Positions 25,732 through 35,018 of a DNA stretch of 64,000 bases are shown piece after piece. The stretch is from a virus, in IMG/VR virus record IMGVR_UViG_3300042553_000685; one strand, 5' to 3'. The position numbers were made by a program, and so were the translations under genes. Under the pieces are notes generated by a model, which was not told the origin of the DNA, made no database searches, and saw only the letters and a list, made by a program, of their open reading frames with translations. How positions within the stretch are numbered: position 1 is the stretch's first letter; the number at the start of each line of letters is the position of its first letter.

Positions 25732-28542
25732 TTACAGGGGAGCTATTCCTCGGACTACCACTACTTCGGGGCAGTCATCGTTGGTAATTGATAAAATTGC
25801 GTTATTGATACCATCGAAAACGGTAAATTGACATCTATATTTAAGTGGATCGTCTGGGCGAGCTATATCAGTAAACTTAAATTTTTTAATTTCTCTGCTA
25901 AGTACCTTGGAACTAATATCGAATGCAAAAGGAGGAGGGGGACTGAGAAGCTCATCAAATGTAAAAGGCCCATATGTTTTAATTTCATTGTTGGCATTTT
26001 TATAAATTATATTTATCTCCCACGGGAATTGAGGTATTGGATTGTATCTTCGGGTATTTCCGCATGAAGTATCAAGAGGTTGCGACCATTCTACCGCAAG
26101 AATAATGCAAGGCTCAGGAATCTCCGTAGTAATAGAACTTCCATAAGAGAAAATTCTTGGAGTTGGCACACCGGTGCAATCAAAGCCAGGGAAAAGAGAT
26201 AATTCAAAATCTACAATTACATCGCTGGCTTTAAGTATCCAATTAGCGAGATAACCCCCTCCTGAAATAGGAAGAAGGTTGGTCGAATAAGATTCTCCCG
26301 CAATTTCTTGCCAATTTTCATTGGGGTATCTGTATCTAATCTTTTTCGGTTCTTGACCAGGGCAATATACAGCAGATTGGTTGACTTCAATGATTTTTGC
26401 TGGCCTATTGGGTAAAACCCCAGGGCAATATATCCCAGATTGGTTGACTTCAATGATTTTTGCTGGCCTATTGGGTAAAACCCCAGGGCAATATATAAAC
26501 AAGAGTTCAAATGGACAGAAGTCAAATTGACCTGCGAGACAGCCATATGGCTCTGGTGCCTCACAAATACCAAACCAGTAACAGATATTACACTCCTCGT
26601 CATCTGGGACTAGCGCGCCTGCTGCTGGTATATCATCTATAGTGCCAGTCCCCAGTATATTACCCTCTCGTATAACCAGCACGCCGCCAGGAGCAGGATT
26701 AATTCTCTCTTCCCATCGTCCTAGTACTCCTACGCGCGCTGATGGGCGTGGCATACCTAGTATTCCTGTGCCTAGGGTGGTGTTACCGTAAGTAGGTAGA
26801 TTACCAACTACGTGCAGTGCCTCTCTCCACGCCTCTGTAACATATACTTCTTGATACCCTAATCCTGTTAACCAGTTGAGAATACCCGATATAGTCACAG
26901 GGACCTTAGTTGGGGCCGGAGGTACTACTAGTGGTTTATTATACGCCGCACTAATTGAGGGTACTAGGGCCTCTAGTATGCGGCCTAGATTACCCGATCT
27001 AATGGCTGTTTTACTGAATAGGCCGAAGTCTGTAGGTAGAGCCCCTCTTACGCGCGACATTGTCTTATCTATACGATAGAGATAGTTCCTATATAGAGGG
27101 CCCAGTTCATCTAGTACTCCTAGGAATGAGGTGCTGGATAGCTCTCTAGCTAGTGATAATCCACACTCTAGTGTAGGGTCATTATCTAATATAGCGCGGT
27201 ATGTAGTATTTAAATTAACATCTCCTACTAACTCTAGTTGGAGTGCTAGGAATGTAGGACTCACTGCCTGTCCTATTACATTACTGAGGCTCGCCCGCGC
27301 CTGGCTAGGTGTATCAGCGTAGTCAACTAGCACGCGGCTTATAAGAGCCCCTAGTGTTATATTTATAGCATCAGTGCCCCAGGAAGATGTGTAATAGTAG
27401 AGGCGCGCGCTCTCTATTAATCTATGAGCATGGGGTAGGTATGATCTATCTACACGACTATAGGCCAGTATAGCTAGGGCCGCTGTTATCGTACCACTAG
27501 CTGTAGGACTATCTAGGCTAAGTGACGTGCTTAGAGGGCGGGCATCTGTCCAACCAGTAATCATTCTACCGCGGCTATCTATACGACTCACTAGATACTC
27601 TGCTAGTGGAGTGACCTTATCTCCGTAGCCCGCGATGCAGAGCGCTAGCAATACAGCAGCGCATGATCTATCCCGTACCTCTCGAGATACGCGTTTATTA
27701 TTGGGGCCCACCTCTATACAGTCGCTGCAGTTCTCTACTACGCGTATCTCAGTTAATGCCTGTAGTTTCTCTGCCTCGGGGCCGTATATATCGGCCTCAG
27801 AGCTCAGGCTATACACAAAGCGAGGGATACTCCCTCGTCTGCCCGGTAGACTGCCGGGATCCATTAGTTCTAGTAGGCCTGTGCATGCCCGTCTAATGTA
27901 TTCACTGACTGTCGCGTCTATTTCAGAACTGCGGTATATTACATTAGCGTCTGGCCGTATAGATGCCCCTACCATACCTATGATAGCCCACGCTAACTCC
28001 TCAGTATCTACCGTCTGATTCGCTAGAGAGCGCGCTATACCTAGCTGCGCGTGAGGAAGACCTTGTGTCTTGTAGTAGCGTAATAGGAACTCTCCTGCCG
28101 TTGGGCTAACGCGCACTACCTCAGCGTACGGCAGGCCTGGTATGAGAGGTGTAGTTAGCTCAAGGGTACCTTGCTTCTGTGGATATAGGGCGTAATTGGA
28201 GCGCCCCGGTGTGCCAGTGAGGGGGCACACTACACCCACGTTGATTACAGTAGCTCTATTCTCATCATCAACTTTACCCGCTATGAAGAAAGGTTTACCT
28301 GCTGGGAAGAAACCTTCTGTACCCAGCGGGCCTAGCGCCTGATTGCTCCATATACCTATTCGCTCTACGCATTGCGTAGGGGTACAGTTGATCTCCAGGC
28401 AATTGGGATCCGGTGGTAGGTCTATATTATTAGCATAGCCCTGTTTATCACTAGCCAGGAATAGCTCTACCTCTCCTATCTCAGGATCAGGTATGCCCCC
28501 CGGGATTAGTAGTCGTGATAATCTATAACGATAATTAACCAA
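25732..28542 (-). CDS. large baseplate-distal/receptor-binding-like protein (936 aa) with a compositionally foreign Cys-rich C-terminal domain
   Basis: Immediately follows the J-like gene and overlaps it by 8 nt. The 3' ~880 nt (25732 to about 26610) switch to low GC and encode a Cys-rich domain with a 21-aa tandem duplication. Confidence 0.65.
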   Translation of the reverse strand: MVNYRYRLSRLLIPGGIPDPEIGEVELFLASDKQGYANNIDLPPDPNCLEINCTPTQCVERIGIWSNQALGPLGTEGFFPAGKPFFIAGKVDDENRATVINVGVVCPLTGTPGRSNYALYPQKQGTLELTTPLIPGLPYAEVVRVSPTAGEFLLRYYKTQGLPHAQLGIARSLANQTVDTEELAWAIIGMVGASIRPDANVIYRSSEIDATVSEYIRRACTGLLELMDPGSLPGRRGSIPRFVYSLSSEADIYGPEAEKLQALTEIRVVENCSDCIEVGPNNKRVSREVRDRSCAAVLLALCIAGYGDKVTPLAEYLVSRIDSRGRMITGWTDARPLSTSLSLDSPTASGTITAALAILAYSRVDRSYLPHAHRLIESARLYYYTSSWGTDAINITLGALISRVLVDYADTPSQARASLSNVIGQAVSPTFLALQLELVGDVNLNTTYRAILDNDPTLECGLSLARELSSTSFLGVLDELGPLYRNYLYRIDKTMSRVRGALPTDFGLFSKTAIRSGNLGRILEALVPSISAAYNKPLVVPPAPTKVPVTISGILNWLTGLGYQEVYVTEAWREALHVVGNLPTYGNTTLGTGILGMPRPSARVGVLGRWEERINPAPGGVLVIREGNILGTGTIDDIPAAGALVPDDEECNICYWFGICEAPEPYGCLAGQFDFCPFELLFIYCPGVLPNRPAKIIEVNQSGIYCPGVLPNRPAKIIEVNQSAVYCPGQEPKKIRYRYPNENWQEIAGESYSTNLLPISGGGYLANWILKASDVIVDFELSLFPGFDCTGVPTPRIFSYGSSITTEIPEPCIILAVEWSQPLDTSCGNTRRYNPIPQFPWEINIIYKNANNEIKTYGPFTFDELLSPPPPFAFDISSKVLSREIKKFKFTDIARPDDPLKYRCQFTVFDGINNAILSITNDDCPEVVVVRGIAPL
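26357..26500. repeat. 63-bp tandem repeat, 2 full copies plus a partial third, in frame (IYCPGVLPNRPAKIIEVNQS x2)
   Basis: agggcaatata recurs at 26359, 26422 and 26485 (period 63). The copies are nearly identical. Confidence 0.9.
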
Positions 28543-29515
28543 TTGGAACCACCTCTACACTCTCTAGGACTGGCATAGTATCAACTGGTGCGAGTGGTAA
28601 TGTACTCAGCACTCGGGCTGCGCTGGCCCCTGAATTTACTAGAGCAAGACCTATACCTCTCGCTGATGGACTAGTGAGAGGAGCTAGGTTTCTGAAGTAT
28701 TGTCTTATAACTAGACCTGCGTTGACATTACCTGCTACGGCCACACGTACATTATACGGGAATGGCCGTAGTGTCCTGACCCTGAACCCGATGCCTACTG
28801 CTTTATTATTCTCTATAACCTTACTTATCTGAAATAATGTGCGCTCATCGCTCGCGTCGGTATAAACAGTTATATAGCCAGGCGTGGGGTCAGAATCAAC
28901 TATGACTATTCGGCTGAGTGTATTTATCTCGTTAATTATAGTCGCGCGTAGAGCTGATAGACTGCTGCTATCTGATAAGTCTAGGTATTCAAGGACGCGT
29001 ATGCGTAAATCATCGTCACTCTCTCTATCAGTACCATTTACGATATCACCTACGGCCTCATTGAACGGGTTTCTATATAGGCCCACTACGCCAGTAGTAC
29101 CCGTTACGGGATCGCGCAGTAGGGTGCCAGCTGGTATGACAGCCTCACCTGGCCTCCCTACTGTTACAGCTACGCGTGTCTCGCCACTATTGTTTATGGC
29201 CTCACTTAGAATAATAGTTACATTATCAGGTGTCAGCATAACAGTACCCTCTGGTGCCGGGCCCAGCACTAGGGCGTAGCCATTAGCTGGTGTGCCCTCT
29301 TTTCTAATTATCCCGTATAATAGAGCCATCGCATCTAACTCTACGTCGGTGGCATCCATTATAGTAACGGGCCGTGTCTCCTCGTATAAATCTACTATAC
29401 AGGCGGCTATAGCTCGTAATAGAAAGTATAGATTACTGAGTGGACTGATGGTACCATTTAATACTGTCCCCTGCAGTTTTTGCTGGATGGTACTTAATAT
29501 AGTGTTTAGATTCAT
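28535..29515 (-). CDS. baseplate J-like protein
   Basis: 326 aa. Its position (after the gp25/W-like gene, before the large distal protein) and general pattern (ELDAMALLYGIIRKEGTPANGY...IPAGTLL) resemble Baseplate_J/XkdT proteins. The call is mainly from synteny. Confidence 0.55.
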   Translation of the reverse strand: MNLNTILSTIQQKLQGTVLNGTISPLSNLYFLLRAIAACIVDLYEETRPVTIMDATDVELDAMALLYGIIRKEGTPANGYALVLGPAPEGTVMLTPDNVTIILSEAINNSGETRVAVTVGRPGEAVIPAGTLLRDPVTGTTGVVGLYRNPFNEAVGDIVNGTDRESDDDLRIRVLEYLDLSDSSSLSALRATIINEINTLSRIVIVDSDPTPGYITVYTDASDERTLFQISKVIENNKAVGIGFRVRTLRPFPYNVRVAVAGNVNAGLVIRQYFRNLAPLTSPSARGIGLALVNSGASAARVLSTLPLAPVDTMPVLESVEVVPIG

Positions 29516-29574
29516 AAAAATACCTGTTATCCTAATAAGGCTTAAGATTAATTGGAACTCGCTCTAGAGAGCGC

Positions 29575-29952
29575 TTACGAAGGTGTCAATGTAGTCGTGA
29601 GAGAACGGTTATCATTATACACAACGTTAATGCGTACCTCGCGCGGGCCTGTTACCTGGATATCTACATCGCGTACACTATACACAGATGGCAAGGCGCG
29701 TAGAGCGTTGGCTATAGCTATATCAGCCCTACCTACCCAGTCAAGATTGAGGGGATCAGATAGATAATTATAGAGGGCATTGCCCACGTCAGCGTCGACT
29801 AATCGGAAGTCGCTAGTACCAGGTGCCCATATAGCTACGTGACCCAATGGAATCTCCAGAGCTCGCCTTACTAGATAGTCTCTTTCGTCTACTAGCAGTA
29901 GATCGCCAGTTGTGCTGAGGAGTATATCTCCGTCTCTCGTCGCTATATCCAC
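29575..29952 (-). CDS. small baseplate wedge protein (gp25/W- or XkdS-like)
   Basis: 125 aa. The N-terminus DGDILLSTTGDLLLVDERDYLVRRALE... and its position just upstream of the J-like gene fit this class. Weak call. Confidence 0.45.
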   Translation of the reverse strand: MDIATRDGDILLSTTGDLLLVDERDYLVRRALEIPLGHVAIWAPGTSDFRLVDADVGNALYNYLSDPLNLDWVGRADIAIANALRALPSVYSVRDVDIQVTGPREVRINVVYNDNRSLTTTLTPS

Positions 29953-29954
29953 AG

Positions 29955-30308
29955 TTATAAAGCTATAGGGGGATAAATACTATAGGGTAGCCCCACTATC
30001 CAGTAGTCGGTGGGCGCCGTTAACGCAATAGAACAGTAGCCTCGTCTATTATTTGCCTCTAATATAAGCGTATAGTAGCCTTGAGTTAATTGATTATCCT
30101 TCTTCCATAGGAATAGGGTGCCCCTCTCCCCCTGTTCACTCTCTCGTTTCCATAGGCGCGTACTAGTAGAGCAGGGTATAAGGCGGGGGTTGGGGCTCTC
30201 ACTATAAAGAATCTCGAGCGCCAGACTATCTACATTAGGTAGAGGGGGTGCGTATACTGCTATGCCGTAGCGTATGACTTGTGGGGCGTCTACTGGTGTT
30301 ATCATCAA
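29955..30308 (-). CDS. hypothetical baseplate-region protein (117 aa; the likely real start is ATG at 30305)
   Basis: The ORF track starts at TTG 30308, and an in-frame ATG follows immediately. Confidence 0.5.
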   Translation of the reverse strand: MMITPVDAPQVIRYGIAVYAPPLPNVDSLALEILYSESPNPRLIPCSTSTRLWKRESEQGERGTLFLWKKDNQLTQGYYTLILEANNRRGYCSIALTAPTDYWIVGLPYSIYPPIAL

Positions 30309-30438
30309 AAAATCATAGGTTTGAAACCCCGTCTTAGAAGGACGGCTTTACAGTTCGCCAGGAGTTGTAGACAAGAAACTTACAATCTTCTGGCTTTGCG
30401 TTTTGGCAAGCCCCGTCGCTTCAGCGCGGGGTTAGTGA
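30309..30438 (-). other. 130-nt structured intergenic region (stem-loops, then a U-run)
   Basis: The minus-strand RNA shows CCCCGCGC-UGAA-GCGaCGGGG and CCGUC-CUUCUAA-GACGG hairpins, UUGUA/UACAA pairing, then GGUUUCAAACC and UGAUUUUUUG just before the next start codon. Confidence 0.3.
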
Positions 30439-33400
30439 CTATTTCACTAGGTACGATGATGAGATGAGGGGAATAAGGCGGCCTCCGATAGCAGTACTGG
30501 GTATAGTATATATAATACCTCTATCATCGATGAGACGGAGATAACTGTACTGACCATCATATATAGCGTGGCCTACATTAGTCTCCCAATCATAGTCAGT
30601 TATTCTGTAGGTTAGCACTGAGGATGTATAGCTATTATCAATCTGCACTGGGTACAGAGTACTATTATCGTATGTCCAGCTATCTACTATTATTTGTAAG
30701 TCGTCCTCTCTACCGGGTAGTAACTCTAGTTGAGTATAGAACAATAATGGATTAGCTAGGCCCCACGTTAATTTAGTATTGATTGATAATATCTGTGTAT
30801 CTGCTAGAGCTAGCGTGAGACGCGGCAGTCGGAAACAGTCATCTAACCCTAGTCTCCAGCGGCCCTCCAGGAGCTCTACTGTAGTAGGTAATGGCTTTCG
30901 GGGAGTTACAGGATCCTCGTCATCAATAGGCCACTCAATTAATTCAATGATCTCTTGCTTTAACTCCTCGTCATCAATAGACCCTTCAATTAATTCAATG
31001 ATCTCTTGCTTTAACTCCTCGTCATCAATAGATCTAGACCCTTCAATTAATTCAATGATCTCTTGCTTTAACTCCTCGTCATCAATAGATCTAGACCCTT
31101 CAATTAATTCAATGATCTCTTGCTTTAACTTCTTGTCATCAATAGGTCCCTCAATTAATTCGATAATCTCTTGCCTTAACTCCTTATCTTCATTATTGAA
31201 TAGATCAATTACAGTATTGATATACTGAGTTAGACGCGGTAATAGAGATATAGTATCTAGTGTGTCTAATATATCAGTAGTACCAGAGCGGCCCGGTCGA
31301 CTCCTATTAGGCTGTGTATTGATATTACCTATGGCGGTGATTAGGTCGCGCGCCTGATCTATGATACCTAGACAAGAGATTATATCTATTAGTTGCACTA
31401 TTTTTTGGATAGGGCTACCGCTCAGCGCGCCTATCATACTGGGTATTAATGCCAGTGACTTACCTAGGGCTAGTCCGGTGCGACCTATATCAGTTGCTGC
31501 CCTGAGGAGAGCTGTATTATTCTCACCTATGATTTGGTCTAGCCCTCCTGATAGTAGGGATCTAATGCCATCACCGCGTATGATACTACCTATGTCCCCG
31601 GTGGAAATACTGTTGGCTAGTGTAGCGGCACTTTTATATATACTCTCTCCTAGTTGTTTATAGCGCACAGCATCTTTTAGTAAATCAGAGTTCAGTGTAG
31701 TGCCTAATGAACTCATGAGAGAGGTTATCTCCTTATCAACGTCTACGGCTTCGCCATTGGCCAGTCGTTTAGCTAAATTATATACATTATTGGCTAAGAC
31801 TGCTCCATCTACACCTAGTGTTCTATTTAGGTTACGACTAATAGAGTTAAGTATTAGGGCCTCTATAGTCTGTTCGTTTAGCTCCTGGCCATTTAATAGT
31901 GAGGCCCCCAGCTGCGCTAGTTGAGTGGTGTCTACGTATTGGCTAAGACCTGTGCTCCTGTATAGCCGGTCTAATGCAGGTGATACTAAGGAGTATACCC
32001 GCGCTAGGTCTGTTGAGTTATCACTTATTCTTAGCCCGCGGGCCGTGGTGTCTAGATCACTTAGTTCTAGGAAACCAATAGATAATAGCGATAGGGCGTC
32101 TTTAATCTCATTGATTATATAAGTCTTGAGTGAAGGAGAATTAAGAAACAATTGCTTCAATTCTGCGGGCACTAGATCCTGACTGGTCCCGCCCTCTAGC
32201 ATGGCTATGGGATCTATACTATTATTTCTACTGATAGTTAGTACCTGATTGACTAGAGTGGTTACCTGAGTGGCAGATACACTGAGCCCCAATCGTTGTA
32301 GACCCTCTCCTACCTTTTGTACCTCTAGTTGCACGTCCCCCGCTATATCTATAAGGGGCGTATTGATAGATATAGTCAACTCTCCTACCGTTTCACCCTC
32401 TCGTTCTAGATATACATCACTGGCTACTGATGATACTGCGGCCGGCTCTAGCGCTGCCAACGCTGGTGGATTCTTAGTTGTATCAGTAGCACTCTTAGCT
32501 ATGTTCTCCTTACCTGGGTTCTTAGGAGTTACCTTAGAGGCTGATATAGAACGTCGTATATCCTCTCCTAGTGAGCCTATAGCATCGCCTCCTGGCGTAG
32601 TGGCACCCGGCGTAGTGGCACCCGGCGTAGTGATAGAGTCATTAGGCTGAGTGGGTACTTGAGCGCCATCTGGATCAGACTGCTCTATATCAGACTGAGT
32701 TGGTTTATCAGGAGTATTTGTATTTTCAAGTATGTCCCCGCATCCCTTAGGTAAATCAGGTAGTTTAGGGAACTCTGGTATGTGTGGGATGAGGTCGAGG
32801 ATCAACTCTATCTCATCAGGTATAGGCGGCAGTGTATTAAGAGATATAACTCCGCTTATGGAGAATACAGAACCCGCGCCCTGGAATATGCTGAGCCCCA
32901 CAGTTATGTGATTGTGAGTTATGCCCTGGAAGGCGCTCTTCAGTGCATAGGAGTTCATACCTTCAGGACTGAAGGTCATACCTGATAGACCGCCTCCTGG
33001 TATCGATGAGTATATATTGACGCGGCCCACTGGTATCTCAGCTGGCTCCTCTTTATCATCTGCAGCAGGCTCTCCTATAGGTGATGCGGCTGCTATTAGA
33101 TCTACGTTAGTGGCTCTTGCTACCATCCCGCCGTAGCTATAGAGCTTCATTTCATTTAATGATGTGCTAGTGTGTGTAGTAGCATAACTCTTGTAATCAT
33201 TAGAGACCCGTTCCATATCGCCTAGCGCCGTAGCCTTATCTACTTGGGCTACTGTCTCACTTCTATTTGATAGGCGTAGTCTATTACCGGCTCGCTGTAA
33301 GTCGTCGCCCTCTATAATTCGAGTACTATCCTTACCCATTGCGTAGTGGTGGTCGCTAATGTGATTAATGGAGTTCCCGGACTGCACTACATAGTTATCG

Positions 33401-33927
33401 GTGACGGACTGCATGAAGGGGGCCCGTTGCGTGATATTGGTATCACTCACAAACTGTATGTTGTTGGCTACCTGCGTGAGTCTATTGGCAGGGGCAATAT
33501 TGACATTGCCCTGACTTATATCAGCTAGCTCTGCTCTATCACTAAGGAGTGAGCTCTCCTTGAGCTTACGGATTCCATCTAGTGATTGCTCAGTATTACC
33601 ATTAACTGCCGTACCTACAGCATTAATATTCTGTTCTGTATTAGACGCTATGCCCTCCCGCAGAACCTGATTGGCCTGTAAGTTCATGTCTCTTAATTCT
33701 AATAGCCCCTCTACTGCCCGTACGGGCTCCACTATAATCTGAGAGCTGATGCGACGAGGTTCAAACGGAGTGGTAGAGGCCGTTGCCTGCCCTAGTGTCT
33801 CTGCTGCTTGTTGGTATGCTGTGTTCTTGGATATCTTATTGAGATCACTGAGCGCGGGCCCCAACGTAGGAGTGTTGCGGCCCGCCCCTAGATCTCCTTT
33901 CAGTAGTTGATCTTCTATTTTACTCAT
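30439..33927 (-). CDS. tape-measure-like / internal tail protein with tandem repeats (1162 aa)
   Basis: This is the only TMP-sized gene in the tail module. It has five copies of K(Q/E)EIIELIEG..IDDEEL and three TTPGA units. The TMP assignment is tentative because the gene lies after, not before, the hub and spike genes. Confidence 0.45.
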   Translation of the reverse strand: MSKIEDQLLKGDLGAGRNTPTLGPALSDLNKISKNTAYQQAAETLGQATASTTPFEPRRISSQIIVEPVRAVEGLLELRDMNLQANQVLREGIASNTEQNINAVGTAVNGNTEQSLDGIRKLKESSLLSDRAELADISQGNVNIAPANRLTQVANNIQFVSDTNITQRAPFMQSVTDNYVVQSGNSINHISDHHYAMGKDSTRIIEGDDLQRAGNRLRLSNRSETVAQVDKATALGDMERVSNDYKSYATTHTSTSLNEMKLYSYGGMVARATNVDLIAAASPIGEPAADDKEEPAEIPVGRVNIYSSIPGGGLSGMTFSPEGMNSYALKSAFQGITHNHITVGLSIFQGAGSVFSISGVISLNTLPPIPDEIELILDLIPHIPEFPKLPDLPKGCGDILENTNTPDKPTQSDIEQSDPDGAQVPTQPNDSITTPGATTPGATTPGGDAIGSLGEDIRRSISASKVTPKNPGKENIAKSATDTTKNPPALAALEPAAVSSVASDVYLEREGETVGELTISINTPLIDIAGDVQLEVQKVGEGLQRLGLSVSATQVTTLVNQVLTISRNNSIDPIAMLEGGTSQDLVPAELKQLFLNSPSLKTYIINEIKDALSLLSIGFLELSDLDTTARGLRISDNSTDLARVYSLVSPALDRLYRSTGLSQYVDTTQLAQLGASLLNGQELNEQTIEALILNSISRNLNRTLGVDGAVLANNVYNLAKRLANGEAVDVDKEITSLMSSLGTTLNSDLLKDAVRYKQLGESIYKSAATLANSISTGDIGSIIRGDGIRSLLSGGLDQIIGENNTALLRAATDIGRTGLALGKSLALIPSMIGALSGSPIQKIVQLIDIISCLGIIDQARDLITAIGNINTQPNRSRPGRSGTTDILDTLDTISLLPRLTQYINTVIDLFNNEDKELRQEIIELIEGPIDDKKLKQEIIELIEGSRSIDDEELKQEIIELIEGSRSIDDEELKQEIIELIEGSIDDEELKQEIIELIEWPIDDEDPVTPRKPLPTTVELLEGRWRLGLDDCFRLPRLTLALADTQILSINTKLTWGLANPLLFYTQLELLPGREDDLQIIVDSWTYDNSTLYPVQIDNSYTSSVLTYRITDYDWETNVGHAIYDGQYSYLRLIDDRGIIYTIPSTAIGGRLIPLISSSYLVK
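30916..31200. repeat. 51/57-bp tandem repeat array (~5 copies), in frame
   Basis: tcgtcatcaatag recurs at 30918, 30969, 31020 and 31077, with a degenerate copy at 31134 (spacings 51, 51, 57, 57). Confidence 0.9.
32594..32632. repeat. 15-bp tandem repeat x2.6 (ggcgtagtggcaccc), in frame (TTPGA)
   Basis: Read directly. Confidence 0.85.
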
Positions 33928-35018
33928 AGGTCTAGATCCTGTATGGCTCCTCGTTGATTATCTATTTCAGATATGGCTGCTAGGTTATTACCCATTATTA
34001 CCCAGTGATCTAGCGTAGACCGCCGCAAATACTGCGAGGCGGTATATAGTAGATTACGTACCCGTCCTAGGCGTGTTCTCTCTTCATCATCAGCGAGAAC
34101 GTATACCTCTACATCGGGTCGAGGGGAATTATAAGCATGTATGTAAGCCAGGTTGGTCATGTGTGCCGCCATAGCCACCAGGTGCGTATTAAGGCCCCCT
34201 GGATATGGTAATGAGGTTATGATACTGCTGCTTACCTGCCGTAGTAGGCCGGGCTCTGTAGGTATCAACCACTCCCGTAACTCATCTGGTGGGTCCTGGC
34301 TTAGGTCCTCATAGAGATTAAATAACGCTGGGTCTATCTGCCCGTGCCATAGATCCCATAGTAGATCCGGCCCGCCTGGCACCACCCAGTAGCGTTCTAG
34401 ATAGGGAGCCTCTATATTCTGTATGGCGTTCAGGAAACCAGCTACGCGAGTTATACCAGTGGGTTGAGATAGAAATGCCTTGAAGAAGCGGTGGCTATCT
34501 AGTAGTTCCTCTACTCCTAGTGTTGCATAATACTCCTTCCAGTTGGGCTGCATGCTCCATAGAGTACGAGTGGCTTCATATACTAGACGACAGGGGCTGG
34601 CATAGTGCATCCTATAGCCTCCCAGTAGTAGGTAATAGCCTATGCTACTGGCAGAGGTCCCCCATACTCGCCTATCAGTTAGTAGTAGTGTCTCACTATA
34701 GTCATTGGGTGGTAGCCAATTAGGCCTCTCTGCTATACGCCGGTATCTATCTGCGTGCTGCGTAATGACTGTGTAGTCCAGATTACTCGATGTAGGTAGT
34801 GATAGTAACAGTATGAGCTGCTCTTCTAGAGAGCGAGTTATATCTCCCCACGTAGGACGGGTACGAGGGGCCGGCACGTTACGCATGATACTGGCTAGTC
34901 TCTCGTGAGAGCCCGCTATTAGAATAGATAGATTATTAATAGCCGCTTCATCTATGCGTGTTACAGCATCTGTATTAGCCCCGGGTAATTGAGGTACGGC
35001 CTCTAGGTTAATTAGCAC
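33924..35018 (-). CDS. hypothetical protein (364 aa)
   Basis: ORF in the array, with a 4-nt overlap with the downstream gene. Confidence 0.6.
   Translation of the reverse strand: MLINLEAVPQLPGANTDAVTRIDEAAINNLSILIAGSHERLASIMRNVPAPRTRPTWGDITRSLEEQLILLLSLPTSSNLDYTVITQHADRYRRIAERPNWLPPNDYSETLLLTDRRVWGTSASSIGYYLLLGGYRMHYASPCRLVYEATRTLWSMQPNWKEYYATLGVEELLDSHRFFKAFLSQPTGITRVAGFLNAIQNIEAPYLERYWVVPGGPDLLWDLWHGQIDPALFNLYEDLSQDPPDELREWLIPTEPGLLRQVSSSIITSLPYPGGLNTHLVAMAAHMTNLAYIHAYNSPRPDVEVYVLADDEERTRLGRVRNLLYTASQYLRRSTLDHWVIMGNNLAAISEIDNQRGAIQDLDL

Noticed and set aside
26217-26603. 128-aa minus-strand ORF
   Set aside because: It is an alternative frame inside the 936-aa gene, kept open by the 63-bp repeat. 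There is no independent support.
30316-30332. tRNA T-arm-like sequence (aggtttgaaacccc)
   Set aside because: I could not build an acceptor, D or anticodon stem around it on either strand, and there is no GTTCGAAT-type loop. I treat it as part of the structured spacer.
30916-31200. Possible CRISPR-like array (regular ~51-57-bp periodicity)
   Set aside because: There are no unique spacers. The whole unit repeats, and it lies in frame inside a long ORF, so it is a coding tandem repeat.
30779-31228. 149-aa plus-strand ORF with its own repeats (SINSMISCFNSSSSID...)
   Set aside because: It is simply the antisense reading of the tandem repeat array in the 1162-aa gene. The repeats keep the reverse frame open.
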